64,000 nt of DNA from Octopus vulgaris. Taxonomy: Eukaryota. Location of the stretch: NCBI GenBank assembly GCA_951406725.2, contig OX597815.1, positions 155,062,001 to 155,126,000 on the forward strand, read 5' to 3'. This document shows, in pieces, positions 1-13,903 of the stretch. Below the pieces are notes generated by a model that saw nothing but the letters and a program-made list of their open reading frames with translations, did no database searches and was not told the DNA's origin. Made by a program: the position numbers and the translations under genes. The first letter of the stretch is position 1; each line of letters opens with the position of its first letter.

Positions 1-334
1 ATATGTAAACACTCATACTTAAATGCTTGCCAAAGAGATGTAATATAATAGCAAAACAAATCAATTGGGGAGTCGAATTCATTCGAAAATCTATCCTCAT
101 TGAGAACACCATAAGACTGGTTTGGCGAAAACTTTGTAGCGTGGGGGAGGACAACACGATAAAATTGATTTTGTTTATAAGATTGGATGATATAACATTT
201 CCCAAGTATAGCAACTTGCAAACATATATCTCTATAGATGGCAATCCAGTGATTATGGTGTTGGGTTTACGATCTTAAAGTTGTTTACGGTCTTAAGGCT
301 CTTTATGATCTTGACGTTTGATTTTTGAATAGAA

Positions 335-490
335 CAGTGTGTTTCGTTCTTGAGCAAGACACTTCATTCCTCGTTGCTTCAGCTTGATGAACTAAGAATG
401 AGAAGCAGTTGGGGGATGATGCGTATCACACTTTCAATGTCTCTCTCTCTCGTCATCAATGTTCTGCTGAGTGAAAAAGTGCGAAGTCAA
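335..490 (+). mobile_element. Degraded SINE fragment (related to family D)
   Basis: Contains 'gttcttgagcaagacacttcattcctcgttgcttcag', similar to the reverse complement of the SINE copies at 31510-31735 and 48750-48992; followed by (TG)n at ~494-552. Confidence 0.5.
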
Positions 491-507
491 AAAGTGTGTG
501 TGTGTGC

Positions 508-555
<48 letters not shown>

Positions 556-1006
556 GTGTATCTGCTTCTGACTACATAAACACCTACAGTAAATTAACGA
601 AAGCACAACACATTCTATCAAGTTATATTGCTTTGTGAATGACGGCCACGTTATATATAGGCTTGTGTGAGTTTGTATTTATTTATATATCTGTATGTAT
701 GAGCATGTAAGCACATAAATATGTATGTATGTATATATACACACCCACACAAATCCGCACTTATACGCACACACATAGACACATGTATGTATGTGTGTAC
801 GTGTGTGCATGTAAGTGCGTTTGCGTAGGTGTTACATGTAGTTCATATTTTATATTTCAGTAATTTTTTTTATGATTCCTATAAAATACAGGCAGGCTGG
901 TATCACAACGAGGCTATCGCCTGCCATATGACATGTCCTTATTGCGTGTTTACAGGTCCCTTTGACAACCTTTCTTCTCTTTCTCTCTCGTCCTCTCTTT
1001 TTTCCC

Positions 1007-1044
<38 letters not shown>

Positions 1045-1123
1045 TGGTCAGCTATCACTTATCATTTTATTAACTATTTGTCGAAGTTTGTGTATTTATT
1101 TCTCGTGGATACCTAAATATAAG

Positions 1124-1285
1124 CGCAGGCGTGGGAGTGTTGTAAGAATTTTGCTTTCCAGCCACAGAGTTCCGGGTTCATTCCTACTGCGTGGCAACTT
1201 GGGGATGTATTTCCTACTATATAACACCGGGCTGACCAAACACTTGTGAATGGATTTGGTAGACGGAAACTGAAAGAAGACCATT
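1124..1285 (+). mobile_element. tRNA-derived SINE family A, 5' half
   Basis: A-box-like 'ggcgtgggagtgttgtaaga', B-box-like 'gggttcattcc', then 'ggatttggtagacggaaactgaaagaag' shared with copies at 22660-23010, 41420-41800 and 61225-61550. Confidence 0.8.
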
Positions 1286-1384
1286 GTGTGTGTGTGGTTA
1301 GTGAGAGACGGAAGATGGAAGACACGATAATTTTTATAAAATCACTGTAATTGTTTAGACTCATCTTTCGTCTCTTATTAACCT

Positions 1385-1525
1385 ATTTCTTTATTACCCA
1401 CAAGGGGCTAAACACAGAGGGGACAGACATGGACAGACATAGGTACTAAGTCGATTACATCGACCCCAGTGCATAAATGGTACTTAATTTATCCACCCCG
1501 AAAGGATGAAAGGCAAAGTTGGCCT
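1385..1525 (-). mobile_element. SINE family B fragment
   Basis: 'aagtcgattacatcgaccccagtg...ccccgaaaggatgaaaggcaaagt' core repeated about ten times in this window. Confidence 0.8.
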
Positions 1526-1689
1526 CTATTATTAACCAAATGCATGACGAACACTTTGGAAGGGATCGTCCTTTATCACATTCGTTTACACACACACACA
1601 CACACATATACGTGTGTGGAAAGGTGTGCCTTTCAGTTGGAGGACTGATAAAGGTATGTCAAAAGAGTTCATACTGTGGCATGTATCCT

Positions 1690-2125
1690 TTCTGCCAGCC
1701 AGTAATATGCAATAGAATGCGCAAATCTTTCGCCGGGCTCAAGAATCATACTAGGGCCTTATTGCATCGTTCAACGACTCATTTGAGTGATTCCTTCTAG
1801 CAATAACTTTGCTCATAGTCGAGAAATCCGCTACTATGTATGTGTGTGTGAGCACGCGCGTGTGTTTGTATGTGTGTGTGTGTGCGTGCGTGTATATGTG
1901 TGTCTTTGTGTATGTGTTTGTTACGGAACCCCGCTTGTCAACCAGGGTTGATGGGTTTACGGTCCCGTAACTTAACGGTTCGGTAACAGAGACCGATATA
2001 ATAAGTACAAGTCTTTACAATCAAACAATAAGCACTAGGGTCAATTCATGGGAATAAAATTCTTCAAGGCGATGCCCCAGCATGGCCGCATTGTAATGAC
2101 TGAGACGGGGAAAAGAAAACAAGAA
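1690..2125 (+). mobile_element. SINE family A (degraded head, internal TG microsatellite, 3' half)
   Basis: 'cccgtaacttaacggttcgg...gagaccgata...ccccagcatggccgca...aatgactga' matches the 3' half of the 22660-23010 copy. Confidence 0.75.
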
Positions 2126-2339
2126 ATATGAGAACACGTATTTATGTACACACACACTGCGCATGTGCATGTATGTGTATTACAATGTGGGAATCCATAT
2201 GTGTGCATAATGTATCTGTATATGTATGTATGTATGTATGTACGTAGGTATGCATGTATTTATGCATGTATGTATGCATGTATGTACGTACGTATGTATG
2301 TATGTATGTATGCTTGCATGTGTGTGTGTATGTATGTCT

Positions 2340-2880
2340 TCATGTAGGTATGTCATTACTTTGTTTTATTTCAAGATTTCATGTCAATAATTTATTAGAA
2401 TTTCAATATCAACAGGGTATGTCTGTCTGTCTTCCTGTATGTATGTATGCATGAATGCATGTATGTATGTATATATGTATGCATCTATGTATGTATTCAT
2501 GTATGTATGTACATATGTATGTATGTATGTATATATGTATGTATGCATGTATGTATGTATGTATGTATGTATGTATGTATGTATGTATGTATGTATGTAT
2601 GCATGCATGTATGTATACATGCAGATTTGCACGTTTTGTTTTATGTATGTCTTCTCATGCATATACTTACAAATCTATATTTGCTCATATATATTTAAAT
2701 GATAAACGTTTTGAAAGTTTTGCAGAGTTTTACTATTCCAGCGATCTGTAGTCGGATCAGCTTTCACTTTTCTGGTTTTGAGAAGCCTAATTTCTCAACA
2801 TTGATATTGAGGCAGTGCGCTACATATCGCAGTGCCCCAATAATCACAGGTATAAACCTGAACTTGTAATCTAGGTAGAG
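2340..2880 (-). mobile_element. 5'-truncated RLE-type non-LTR retrotransposon 3' end embedded in (CATA)n
   Basis: Minus-strand translation LYLDYKFRFIPVIIGALRYVAHCLNINVEKLGFSKPEK*KLIRLQIAGIVKLCKTFKTFII* (IPVIIGAL motif of RLE C-terminus). (CATA)n lies on both sides; an AATAAA-containing tail is at ~2345-2420. Confidence 0.7.
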
Positions 2881-3320
2881 TATGTATGTATGTATGTATG
2901 TATGTATGTATGTATGTATGTATGTATTTAACATGTTTTGGTTAATATACTTCATAATTTAGAATACATACATACATACATACATACATACATACATACA
3001 TACATACATACATACATACATACATACCTTTACGTATTAATGTTCTTTTTATGTTATTTTTCTGTAGCTGTTATCCTGTCTGCGATCTCGAACAGTATAT
3101 TACTTTCAGCCTTCTGAAATCTGTTGTTCAATTAAGAATTGAAACGTTAAGGAAAACATATACGAACAATAACATTATTAAGATGAATATCAAGGGTGTG
3201 TGTGTTGTAAGAGGGGTTTTACGTTGTATTAGGAATAAATAGCATTTCATTTGATATTATCATCTCTTGCGATGTACTGACATCTGCATAGAATACATCA
3301 GCTCAAATACACACATGCGT

Positions 3321-3327
<7 letters not shown>

Positions 3328-3382
<55 letters not shown>

Positions 3383-3449
3383 TATATATATATATACACA
3401 CACACACACATATCATATATATATATATATATAAACACATAAATACATA

Positions 3450-3491
<42 letters not shown>

Positions 3492-3540
3492 CACATACAT
3501 ACATACATACATACGCATACATACATATATACATATATTT
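3328..3540. repeat. (TA)n/(CA)n/(CATA)n compound microsatellite
   Basis: Directly visible. Confidence 0.95.
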
Positions 3541-3687
3541 ATCATACAGACATGTAAGGAAATTTGTAAGAAATAGATAAAGAAATCTAGCAAGACAGAG
3601 AAGAAAGAAACAAACAAACAATAAAGACCCGACATCATTTTATCTTGCAATGATGAACCAAATCAAAGATGATGTTGATAAAACTAA

Positions 3688-3722
3688 TGCAGCGGCAGCA
3701 ACAGCAACAGCAGGAGCAGAGA

Positions 3723-3810
<88 letters not shown>

Positions 3811-3949
3811 TGCAGCAGCAGCAGTAGCAGCAGCAGCAGTACAGGAGCAGCAGCAGCAGTAGTAGTAGTAGTAGTAGTAGTAGTAGTTATTGATGATGAT
3901 AATGAAATTTATGATGATGATGATGACGACGACAATGATGATGAGGATG

Positions 3950-4006
<57 letters not shown>
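3688..4006. repeat. Compound trinucleotide array (GCA)n-(GTA)n-(GAT)n
   Basis: Directly visible. Confidence 0.95.
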
Positions 4007-4007
4007 T

Positions 4008-6360
4008 TTTTCTTTATCAACCACTAAAGGTTCCTCCAAAATTATTGAGGGCGGTACAGGACAATGCGATATGGTGTTGCATAAAAGGCGTGTAAAAATA
4101 TTAAAAACAGTAACAATATAACATTATAACAATGAATAATTCCTCAAAAGAGGAATGCTTTCAAGGGCTGCTCGTGGAGACCCCACAAAACTATGGTCAC
4201 CTTGACCACTAGCGCAAGTGCTCTCTCTACATCGCCCTCCTTCAACCTACAGTCGCATGCTTAAAGTAGACCCGTTCACTCGATCCAATCTTGCAACATT
4301 CACTCATCTTTTATCAAAATTGCTGAGAGGCAGCACTTCACTCTTTATCCTCATTTTCCTTTTCAAATGAAAGTTGAAAAACTTGATGAGGGCTTGACCA
4401 AAGAGGAAAATATTTGACTTCAGCCCTCTTAGTCTGGTCCACCACACAACTTCTTTCGCTACGGCATCAGGCAATGAAACACTTTCTGACCTTCTTGGTC
4501 AAAAGAAGGTTACGGGACGAACTTCACAATGGTGTCAGTCAATAGCAGGATCCGTCCTACGCATGATACCAGGTTTTCAGCATAAATCCATAAGTCAGCA
4601 ATGCTTTGGTACTGGACGAAAACATGCAGAACAGTTTCGCGGTCACTTTGGGCTCACCTCGGGCAGGTCCGGCTGACGGTACTTCTATGACTGTAGAGTT
4701 GTCCAAAACCGGTATTGTCTCCTTCCCCTGGTTAACGCTGTCAGGCGAAGGATTTCTGGAAATTATCCATTAGCCCCAGTCCGAAAGTCCTCCGGAACAG
4801 ACCAGCCTGTTGATTCTCGTCATTGCCCAGAGTTTTTCCGAGAACGTTATTGGAGAGTATGGACCTAACTCTCTTGGTGTCGAGTTGTTGTTCCACTCTC
4901 ATTTCTAGGTTATTTTTTGCTTCTTCTACCGCATCGTATTCTTTGAAACCAGTGCCGACTAGGTTTATGTGCTTCATGTTCGACACTATGATGGGAACAC
5001 TGTCTGCGTATGTCGGCACAGTTCTCCCACGTCCTCATTCGGGCGAAGTGCCTCTCAACATCTCCAATTTCCGCAGTAGTGGCTCTAGAGCCAGTATACA
5101 AAAGGGAAGAGACGGGACACACTTGAAGGACGGAGCACTTGATGTTGAATGGTTCTGATAGATAACCATTCACAGATTAGATGTCGCTGTACATTGCAAC
5201 GATCCAGCCACGGAAAGCCGAATCTAAACCGGCCACCGTGGGAACGGCGGCCACATATTGGTGGTCAACCCTATCGAAGGCTTTAGGCCTATCCAAATTG
5301 ATCAGGGCCCAATCTATGACAGCATTTTTACCCACCTTGTCTATTATGTATCGTATGAGGTAGAGGTTGTCATGGATGGATCTGCTTGGGCGTGCGTATG
5401 TTTGTGCATCACTAATCAGTTCCTCGACGACAAGCACCAACCTCATTACTAACACCTTGACCAAAATTTTGAAACCTATGTTCAGCAGCGTTATGGGTCT
5501 AAAAATTTCAATTTGATTATCTTTGTGCCCTTTCTCAACAGTATCACTACTCCTTGACTGAACGAACTAAGAATTATCCTATTCTGCTGCCTGTTGCGGA
5601 AGATATCTGGCAGGAGGCTGCCAAACAGGTTTGGCACATAAAAGGAAAGTTCATGGAGCAGACCATCCAAACCAGACGGTTTTCAACCAATTCCATGCAG
5701 CCCATCATCGCATCCCGTATTTCCGCGATTGCTATCGGCATTTCGCAACGCTAAGCTCCCTCCTCTTCCGAAGAGTCGTGACTGCTCTTAAAGTAGGCAC
5801 TGAAGTCAATCCTACAGCCTGACCTGCCATTTGGTCCAAACAGTTCAACGAAGGGCTACTGAAATGCCGTACACATCTGCTCGGGCTCGAGTACTGTTCG
5901 TTCATTTTGGTCCAACAAAGACCGAATTGTGGCTTTGTTGTCACGTTGTGCCTATGTCACTCGGGCCCATCGTTCGGGTTTCGTTGCCTCGTTGCTTAGA
6001 GCATGCACCTTAGCTCTGACACTGTATCCTTCGTGCTTAGCGTTGAAGAATTGGTCCATGGCCAATCTCGCCGTCGCCAGCATGTCGGTTGTGATGCCTT
6101 TTCCAAGCATCTCTCTTCTAAATTTCAAACTAAGTTTCCCTCCACTCTATTCCTTTCTATCGCTAATGCCTTACTAGCTCTTATCGATTCTATTCTAATT
6201 GCCCTTTTCAGAAGGCATAGAGGACGGACACAGAGATAAGCAAATCACGGAGTGCCTGTATCAGTGGGGAGGGGTATATCTGCACAGTCGAGCATTTCTA
6301 GGCCGGTGGTCTGGTCAACCAAGGAGTGGATAAAGTTTATTGATAGCTTATTGATAGCCA
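4008..6360 (-). mobile_element. Decayed, internally deleted L1/Tx1-like LINE (ORF2 remnants)
   Basis: Minus-strand RT motifs 'LLNIGFKILVKVL..RL', 'RSIHDNLYLIRYII' and 'LINLDRPKAFDRVDHQY' (5177-5490). Degenerate C-terminal zinc knuckle 'TCPR*AQSDRETVLHVFVQY' (~4610-4680). 3' end abuts (ATC)n at ~4007. Confidence 0.8.
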
Positions 6361-6389
6361 TTGCATTCCTTCTAAATAAAATATTGCTC

Positions 6390-6960
6390 CCTAAAAAAAG
6401 TGGAGTTAAATTATAAAGATCTCGAAATTGAAATATTCAAGATGTGAGGCATAAAGGTGAAGACAATACCAGTAATAATTGGAGCAGTGTGTATGATAAA
6501 AAGGTGATTGAAAACGTAGGAGCAACAGCCGGATCCTGAAATCTATCGAAAAGAAAAACAGCTCTGCTAGAAACAGCCCATCCTACGCAAGACACTAATA
6601 ATTCAATTGCTCAACCGAAATAAAACAATCTACAAACACATAACACATCCTTTACAGTAAATATCCAATAAAAAACAAGTCCCACAACGTGTACTCTACA
6701 GGTCGAGTGCACTAAAAAAGAACATAACTCGCATTTCACAAACAGCGCACAACACAAATATTAATACAACAAAGGACAGCAGCAAAACCCCATGACAAAA
6801 CAGACTGATGCAATACAATACACGGGAAGAGTTTTTACTCCCCTAACAACAGCAAACAAAAGCACAAAACACGATGCTACACACACCTCAGCAACGCGGA
6901 GGTGTAGCAAGTGCTGCTGTAGAAATTTGCTTGAAACAATCAAATGTCAAATAAAAACAA
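6390..6960 (+). mobile_element. Old R4/Dong-like RLE retrotransposon 3' fragment
   Basis: Translation 'YKDLEIEIFKM*GIKVKTIPVIIGAVCMIK' and 'KTALLETA..LRKTL' homologous to 8054-8293; 3' UTR runs into (CTA)n/(TAA)n. Confidence 0.65.
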
Positions 6961-6963
6961 CAA

Positions 6964-7790
<827 letters not shown>

Positions 7791-7909
7791 ATAATAATAA
7801 TAATAATAATAATGAGGAAGAGGAGGAGGAGGAAGAAGAAGAGGATAACAACAGCAACAACAGCAACAAGAAGAAGAACAACAACAACAACAACAGCAAC
7901 AACAACAAC

Positions 7910-7966
<57 letters not shown>

Positions 7967-7969
<3 letters not shown>

Positions 7970-8387
7970 GGCCAACAGACCAGATATAGTTGTCAGAGAT
8001 CATGAAGAAAAAAATGCTTTCTAATTGATGTATCAATACCGGCAGATGACAACGTGTCTCTAAAAGAAATGGAGAAACTCTCAAAATACAAAGACCTGGA
8101 AATAGAGGTAACTAGAATGTGGAACCTGAAAACAGAAACAATTCCTATCATAGTAGGTGCATTAGGCATGATAAAAAAATATTCAGACAAATACATAACA
8201 AAAACACCAGGACTTACAAACACATATAACATACAGAAAATTGCACTACTAGGCACTGCACACATCCTACGCAGAACACTTTCCATACAATAACCATCAG
8301 AGCATCACAACAAATCACAGCACATACCCAAGGCACACAGAGCTGCGCTCGGTAGTGAAGTGAAAGCACGCTATAAAAATAAAACTA

Positions 8388-8391
<4 letters not shown>
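7967..8391 (+). mobile_element. 5'-truncated R4/Dong-like non-LTR element, copy 2 (RLE C-terminus plus 3' UTR)
   Basis: 'KANRPDIVVRDHEEK..LIDVSIPADDNVSLKEMEKLSKYKDLEIEVTRMWNLKTETIPIIVGALG...QKIALLGTAHILRRTL*' (PD..D..P..K..KY signature). Flanked both sides by (AAT)n; same 3' end as copy 1. Confidence 0.88.
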
Positions 8392-8463
<72 letters not shown>

Positions 8464-8844
8464 GCAACAGTAAAAACAATAACAGTAATAATAGATTTCT
8501 TTAGAATCGAACTTTAATAATTATTCTAATGGTATTAAGTTGCTTTGATTTGATCTTGTCTGGCAACTGTACACCGACGAATCCTTTTGTACTTGAATCA
8601 AACTCGAGGAATTGCAACTCGAGACTTTCTTTTCATTCTTTTATTAACAAAGGTTAATAAATGATTCTGCGTGTGTTTGCTCTTTTGTTTTTGTTTTCTT
8701 TCCTGTCAGGCAGAATATTGGTGCTCATGCTGTTTCCAAAGGCTTCAAGATTTAAGTTATGCGATTAGGTAACATCTGAATATTGAAATATATTATTGTC
8801 TCTGAGAATCTAATGATGGTAAGAAAAACAATAGTTCATAGGTC

Positions 8845-9330
8845 TTTCTAAATTTGGTACAATGCCAGCAATTTTTAAGAGAATGCTACATCAATTGTTT
8901 CAAACCCAAAACTCTCGACAGGTATTTATATTATTGATCTCGAAAAGGAGGGAAGGTAAAGTCGACGTCAACAGAATTTGGACTCGGAGCGTAAAGAACC
9001 ATGATAAATGGCCCTCAATATTTTGTTTCTCGCACTAGCGATTCTGAATGCTGAATCCCTTAACAGAAGTTAACAACAACAACAGCAATAGCAACAACAA
9101 CAACAATGATTATTATAATGGTTTCAAGTTTTGACACAATACCTGCAATTTCAGGGAAGGGATAAAGTCAATTGCATCGACTCTAGTGTTCAAATGGTAC
9201 TTACTTTATCGACCCCGAAAGGATGAAAGGCAAAGTCGACTTCGGCGGAATTTGAACTCGGATCGTAAAGACGGACGAAATACGGCTAAGCATTTTACCC
9301 GTTGTGCTAACGATTCTGCCAGCTCACCAA
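8845..9330 (-). mobile_element. Two adjacent SINE family B copies (~8845-9050 and ~9120-9330)
   Basis: 'tcgaccccgaaaggatgaaaggcaaagtcgacttcggcggaatttgaactc' (reverse-complement B-box gagttcaaattcc). Confidence 0.85.
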
Positions 9331-10455
9331 TAATAACGACGACGATGACGACGTTGATGATGAAGATGATGTTGATGTTGATGATGATGATGATAGTGAT
9401 AACTTTCATTGAAAAGGGCACTAGTCACTGAGGAGGGTGGAAAAGTACCAGGAAAACAGCGGGGCCGATGTGATCTACCTGCCACTACACTTAAAATCGT
9501 TAATCGTGTACAAAATGAGAAAGGATACTAGTACTAGCAATAAAAGTAAAATATAGGGTCTCATTTATGTAATAAAGTGTTTTTCAGCGCTCCATTAATT
9601 AGATGACACAAAATCCCGTACTATAATTGTTTAAATTTTTTTTAAATGATTCCAAGGTAAACAACTTCAATAAACTCAATTTAAACTTTGGAAAATATAG
9701 AAAATACAGCGTGAGAATGTATCTTGTCTTTGAATCAAATGGTGAAAGAAACATGCATATTTCGTAATATTAGGCCTCTCGGCAAACTATCTACTATTCA
9801 GTAAGATTAAGTGATTAAAACATATGAAAAGAGAGAGAATTTAATGAGGCTGATTACAAATGAGAATAATAAGCGAGGTGAGGGAAAATACCACATATGA
9901 ATAGATATAAGCTTTTACTTATATAACGTATTGAGTTGAATTGAGTGAGGTGAATTAAATAATCATAACCATCACTACATTTTCTTTTCTATTTCTTTAT
10001 ATATTAATCACTCTCAGACATGATAAGCAGAATATGCTTTGCTCAGGAAGCTTTGTACGACCAAAAGTAGACGTCATGAAGATAATGCTCAACTCTATGA
10101 TTCTAGACTTTTCAAAAATTTTGATTAACATATTATTTTCAGTTAATTAATTAATTGAAGTTATTTATTTTCCGTGTTGCCTCTTAGATCTTAAGCACCT
10201 ATACAGAAATGTTTCGTCTAATAATTCGATGGATAATCGCAACTAACCAAGTTTTTTAAATAACTGTATTACATATGTGAGGCTCTACCGTATAAATGTA
10301 ATATAGGTTAGAAATTTGAAAATAGAAATGATTCACTATTTACTATTTTATATATGATACAAACATATAAGATTAAATGTCACACGAATGCTTTTTTCGT
10401 TAAATTAGAGCACCTCTTTTGACGGGGTGTCAAAACAGAATCTGGATGATTACAC

Positions 10456-10540
<85 letters not shown>

Positions 10541-11140
10541 TATACATACATATATAAATACACACACACACGCACACATATATAAATACATATACACACG
10601 TGTGTGTAAGGGGGAGAGCTGTTTCTTTATAGACGTTTCATTAAATAGAAGACTGTGTTCAAGTTTTATCTATTTCATTTTAGATTTTCGTATTTTCTTA
10701 TTAGTTCTTTTCTGTTATGAACAATAAATTTATGAGATTAATTTTCGATGTTACCCGACCTTCCAAGTTTCGTTTCCCATAATTGAATATACTTAACATC
10801 TGTGTTGTTTTCTTATACATCATTTGATGTCGTATAGATATTCCCGCCAAAGTATCCTTTTTCTTTTCACTGTAAGCATCATGCGTCAACAGTCACGAAT
10901 TGACGTCTTTGTGGTGGACAATTTTATTCACCGTTATTTTTTTTTATGTCAGTAATCACCTGTTAATTTTTGATTTGTGTTTGACTGCGAGTATATTTTG
11001 GTATTATATTGCAATATGAGCATGGTTTTCATGATTTGTCTTCTAGTTTTGTAAGGAATTTTATACAATATACAAGTATTATCCTCTAGTATTTTGTAGT
11101 ATGTCGTACAATAATTTGTGATAACGCCTTGTTATAAATA

Positions 11141-12052
11141 TTGGGTCATCCCATAAATAATGCGGTGTTTTCAATTGTTCTATGAACTAAAAGTCGGAAG
11201 GAGACAGTATAAACTATCTTCATCAATTTGTAATAAAAGCAGGTGATAATTTCACTATGTTCTATTCTTAGTGCAAGTTTTGAACAGGGTAATTCGATTT
11301 TAATGGTAATCTTTTCAAATTTATAACGGAAGTGACAAAGAAGCATATTCGGCATATTTTGTTTATGAGTTCAATAAAGGCTACAACACAATGGAAAGTG
11401 TGAGGAATATTAATGCAGTATATGGTGATAGGACAATAAGCGTAAGTCAGTGTCAACGCTGGTTCCAGAAATTCCGAGCCGGAAACTACAGCCTAGAAGA
11501 CGAGCCTCATCCTGGAAGATCTGCAAAGCTCGATGAGGACGTCGTGCAAACCCAGGTGGAAGAAAATCCTATTATAACTGTTGAGAAACTAAAACCAGGA
11601 GAGAAGCTTGGATTTGGTCATTCAACCATTCACCGACACCTACGTACCGTCGGAAAAGTCATCAAATTGGGTCAATGGGCTCCTCACAACGTTATCTAAT
11701 CGCGCGCAGAGCGCACAGTGTGCTCTTATTTGTTGTCGCGTTCCAAAGGCTAACATTCCAAAAGCTGAAGCAGTGTGAATGGGAATTGATGTCCCTCCCA
11801 CCATATTCGCTGGACATTGCCCCATCTGATTAACTCTGTAGACTTCAAAATCATTTGGACGGGAAAGTCAGAACAGTAGAGGAGGAGTATTTTTCGTCAC
11901 AGACAAGTGAATGTTGGAAGAAAAGCTTTGCAAGTCTACCAGACTGATGGAGAGCATTGTAGAAAATAAAGGAGAGTAAATTTTAGATTGACAAAGAACT
12001 TTATCTTAATTTCGTATAAAAAAACCTCCCCATTATTTATGGAATGACCCAA
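11141..12052 (+). mobile_element. Internally deleted mariner element with TIRs and TA target duplication
   Basis: TA|ttgggtcatcccataaataatg ... cattatttatggaatgacccaa|TA. Transposase remnant 'INAVYGDRTISVSQCQRWFQKFRAGNYSLEDEPHPGR...GQWAPH' and YSPDLAP-like 'PPYSLDIAPSD'. Confidence 0.92.
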
Positions 12053-13866
12053 TACATGATGAGACTATCAGAGAGTCTGTTTTGTTTTGGTGACAAAGTA
12101 AACAGTTTAATATGTGTAGATATTTTGCTACTTTTACTGATCAAATCGATGCTCCTGATAAGGTCTAGTTCACAATCCAAATTGTTCTCTACAAACTGTG
12201 TCACTGTGTCGGTAATCTGCTTTAATACTCTCCTCATGATATAACGTCCAGGGCAGACGATTGTTGTTATATTCCCTTTACATTCGTTACATCTGACGGT
12301 GTTGATAAAACGCTTCTATTTTATGAATCGATACATTAATTTCTTTCCAAATAATTTGCGATTTAACCTGAGAAAGAGAACATATTTTTATATTATTGCC
12401 ATAATGTATTGCATAAAGGGGTAGGGAGTCCATATTTTTGATGTGATAGTTCATTTAGCTATGGCCTAAACATTTTTTCGTCTGCTTAAAAATATATTGA
12501 CAATGCAGTTATGCAATTTTAGTATAGTAAATCATTACTATTCTGAATAGATTCACTCCATGAATTTTTCTTTAATGGCAGATATTATAGTTTGTAATAT
12601 TCTAGAATATGAAAGTTGCAGAAATAATTTAATCTAAAAGTTAACATTACAAAATTGTCATGCTGCTTGATAAGTTTATTAGAAATATAAATAGCTTTAT
12701 TGTAATTGCATTTCTATGGAAATTACTAAGAAAATTATCGTTTCATATCTTTCTGCATATACTTTGACGTACTTTATCTTCTGAAGAGCATCTCTATATG
12801 TAGAATAGAGCTCCTTCTTTTATAGCATTTCGTTTTGTTTTCAATCCATCTAAAATTGAAAATCTTTATATTTGTTGTTTGTATAAATGGTCAAACATTC
12901 AATATGTTTTATCGCAATTGGAAAATAAATTTAAACTCCAAAGAATGCCAGATAATATTCTCGATAGTATGAGTACATTCCAAAGTTCTATCAATATTTC
13001 TGATGCAATTCGTGGCTTGATTGCCTTCCACCTGTTTTATGATGCTAATCCTGAAAATCCTACCTAGGTGTATTATATATGCAAATCACTTATGCATATT
13101 ACCAGTATTTTATATATTCCTCTCATGAAAATAGATTACTAAATAACACAGAATAATAACAGTTATAGTAAATAACACCATTGAATGAATTCGCTCATGC
13201 ATATTAGTTTACTACAGTTAACCAGTGATGATAAGAACTATCAATAAACAAGCATATATTGGTAGAATTAGCCATCTCAAAATACATCCCTCCGTAATCT
13301 GCTTTTCTATTATTTCATGTAAAAGAAGCCAAAACTATGCTGTTTTCCCTTTATTCACTAGACTGATATTTTTAGTTGATTTCACGATTGAAAATGTCCT
13401 TAATGTGAAGCTTTCATGTTCACTCATTATATGTAATGCATACTTATTTCGTTTGATTTGTTCAGCCTTTACACTTTACAAAATAGCTACACTTGAGTTG
13501 AACTATTCTCTATTCTCAAAACCATTGCCACGTATTCCTCTACAGAAAGATCGCGAAACAAAAAATTCTATGAGGGCGGGATTGTTATTTATTCCTGTCA
13601 TGCTGTAATCTATTAATACATTAACAGTAGAGAATATAAATACGAATGCGCTCTTCTCTCAGGATATTAGAAACTGTTATTGGATATGCAATGATTAAGT
13701 GGAATTTAAATATATTATCTTGATAGATATCGTATCAGATGTAATGAATACAGTAGCATTGTCTGTTTATGCAACTCTTTAAATCAAAGAGAGACATAAA
13801 AATACAGATATAAGGTCATCAATAAAATGTATATAAATACAAACACACACATATATATATTACATG

Positions 13867-13903
<37 letters not shown>

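Noticed and set aside
8565-8630. HHR-like 'ccgacga atcc...ggaatt gcaa ctcgag'
   Set aside because: Three core positions are wrong and stem I is unsupported; could be chance.
12055-12380. Possible host exon on minus strand ('ttctctttctcag' acceptor; CNEC...CPGRY peptide)
   Set aside because: All three frames after the acceptor hit stops, there is no recognisable domain and no partner exons.
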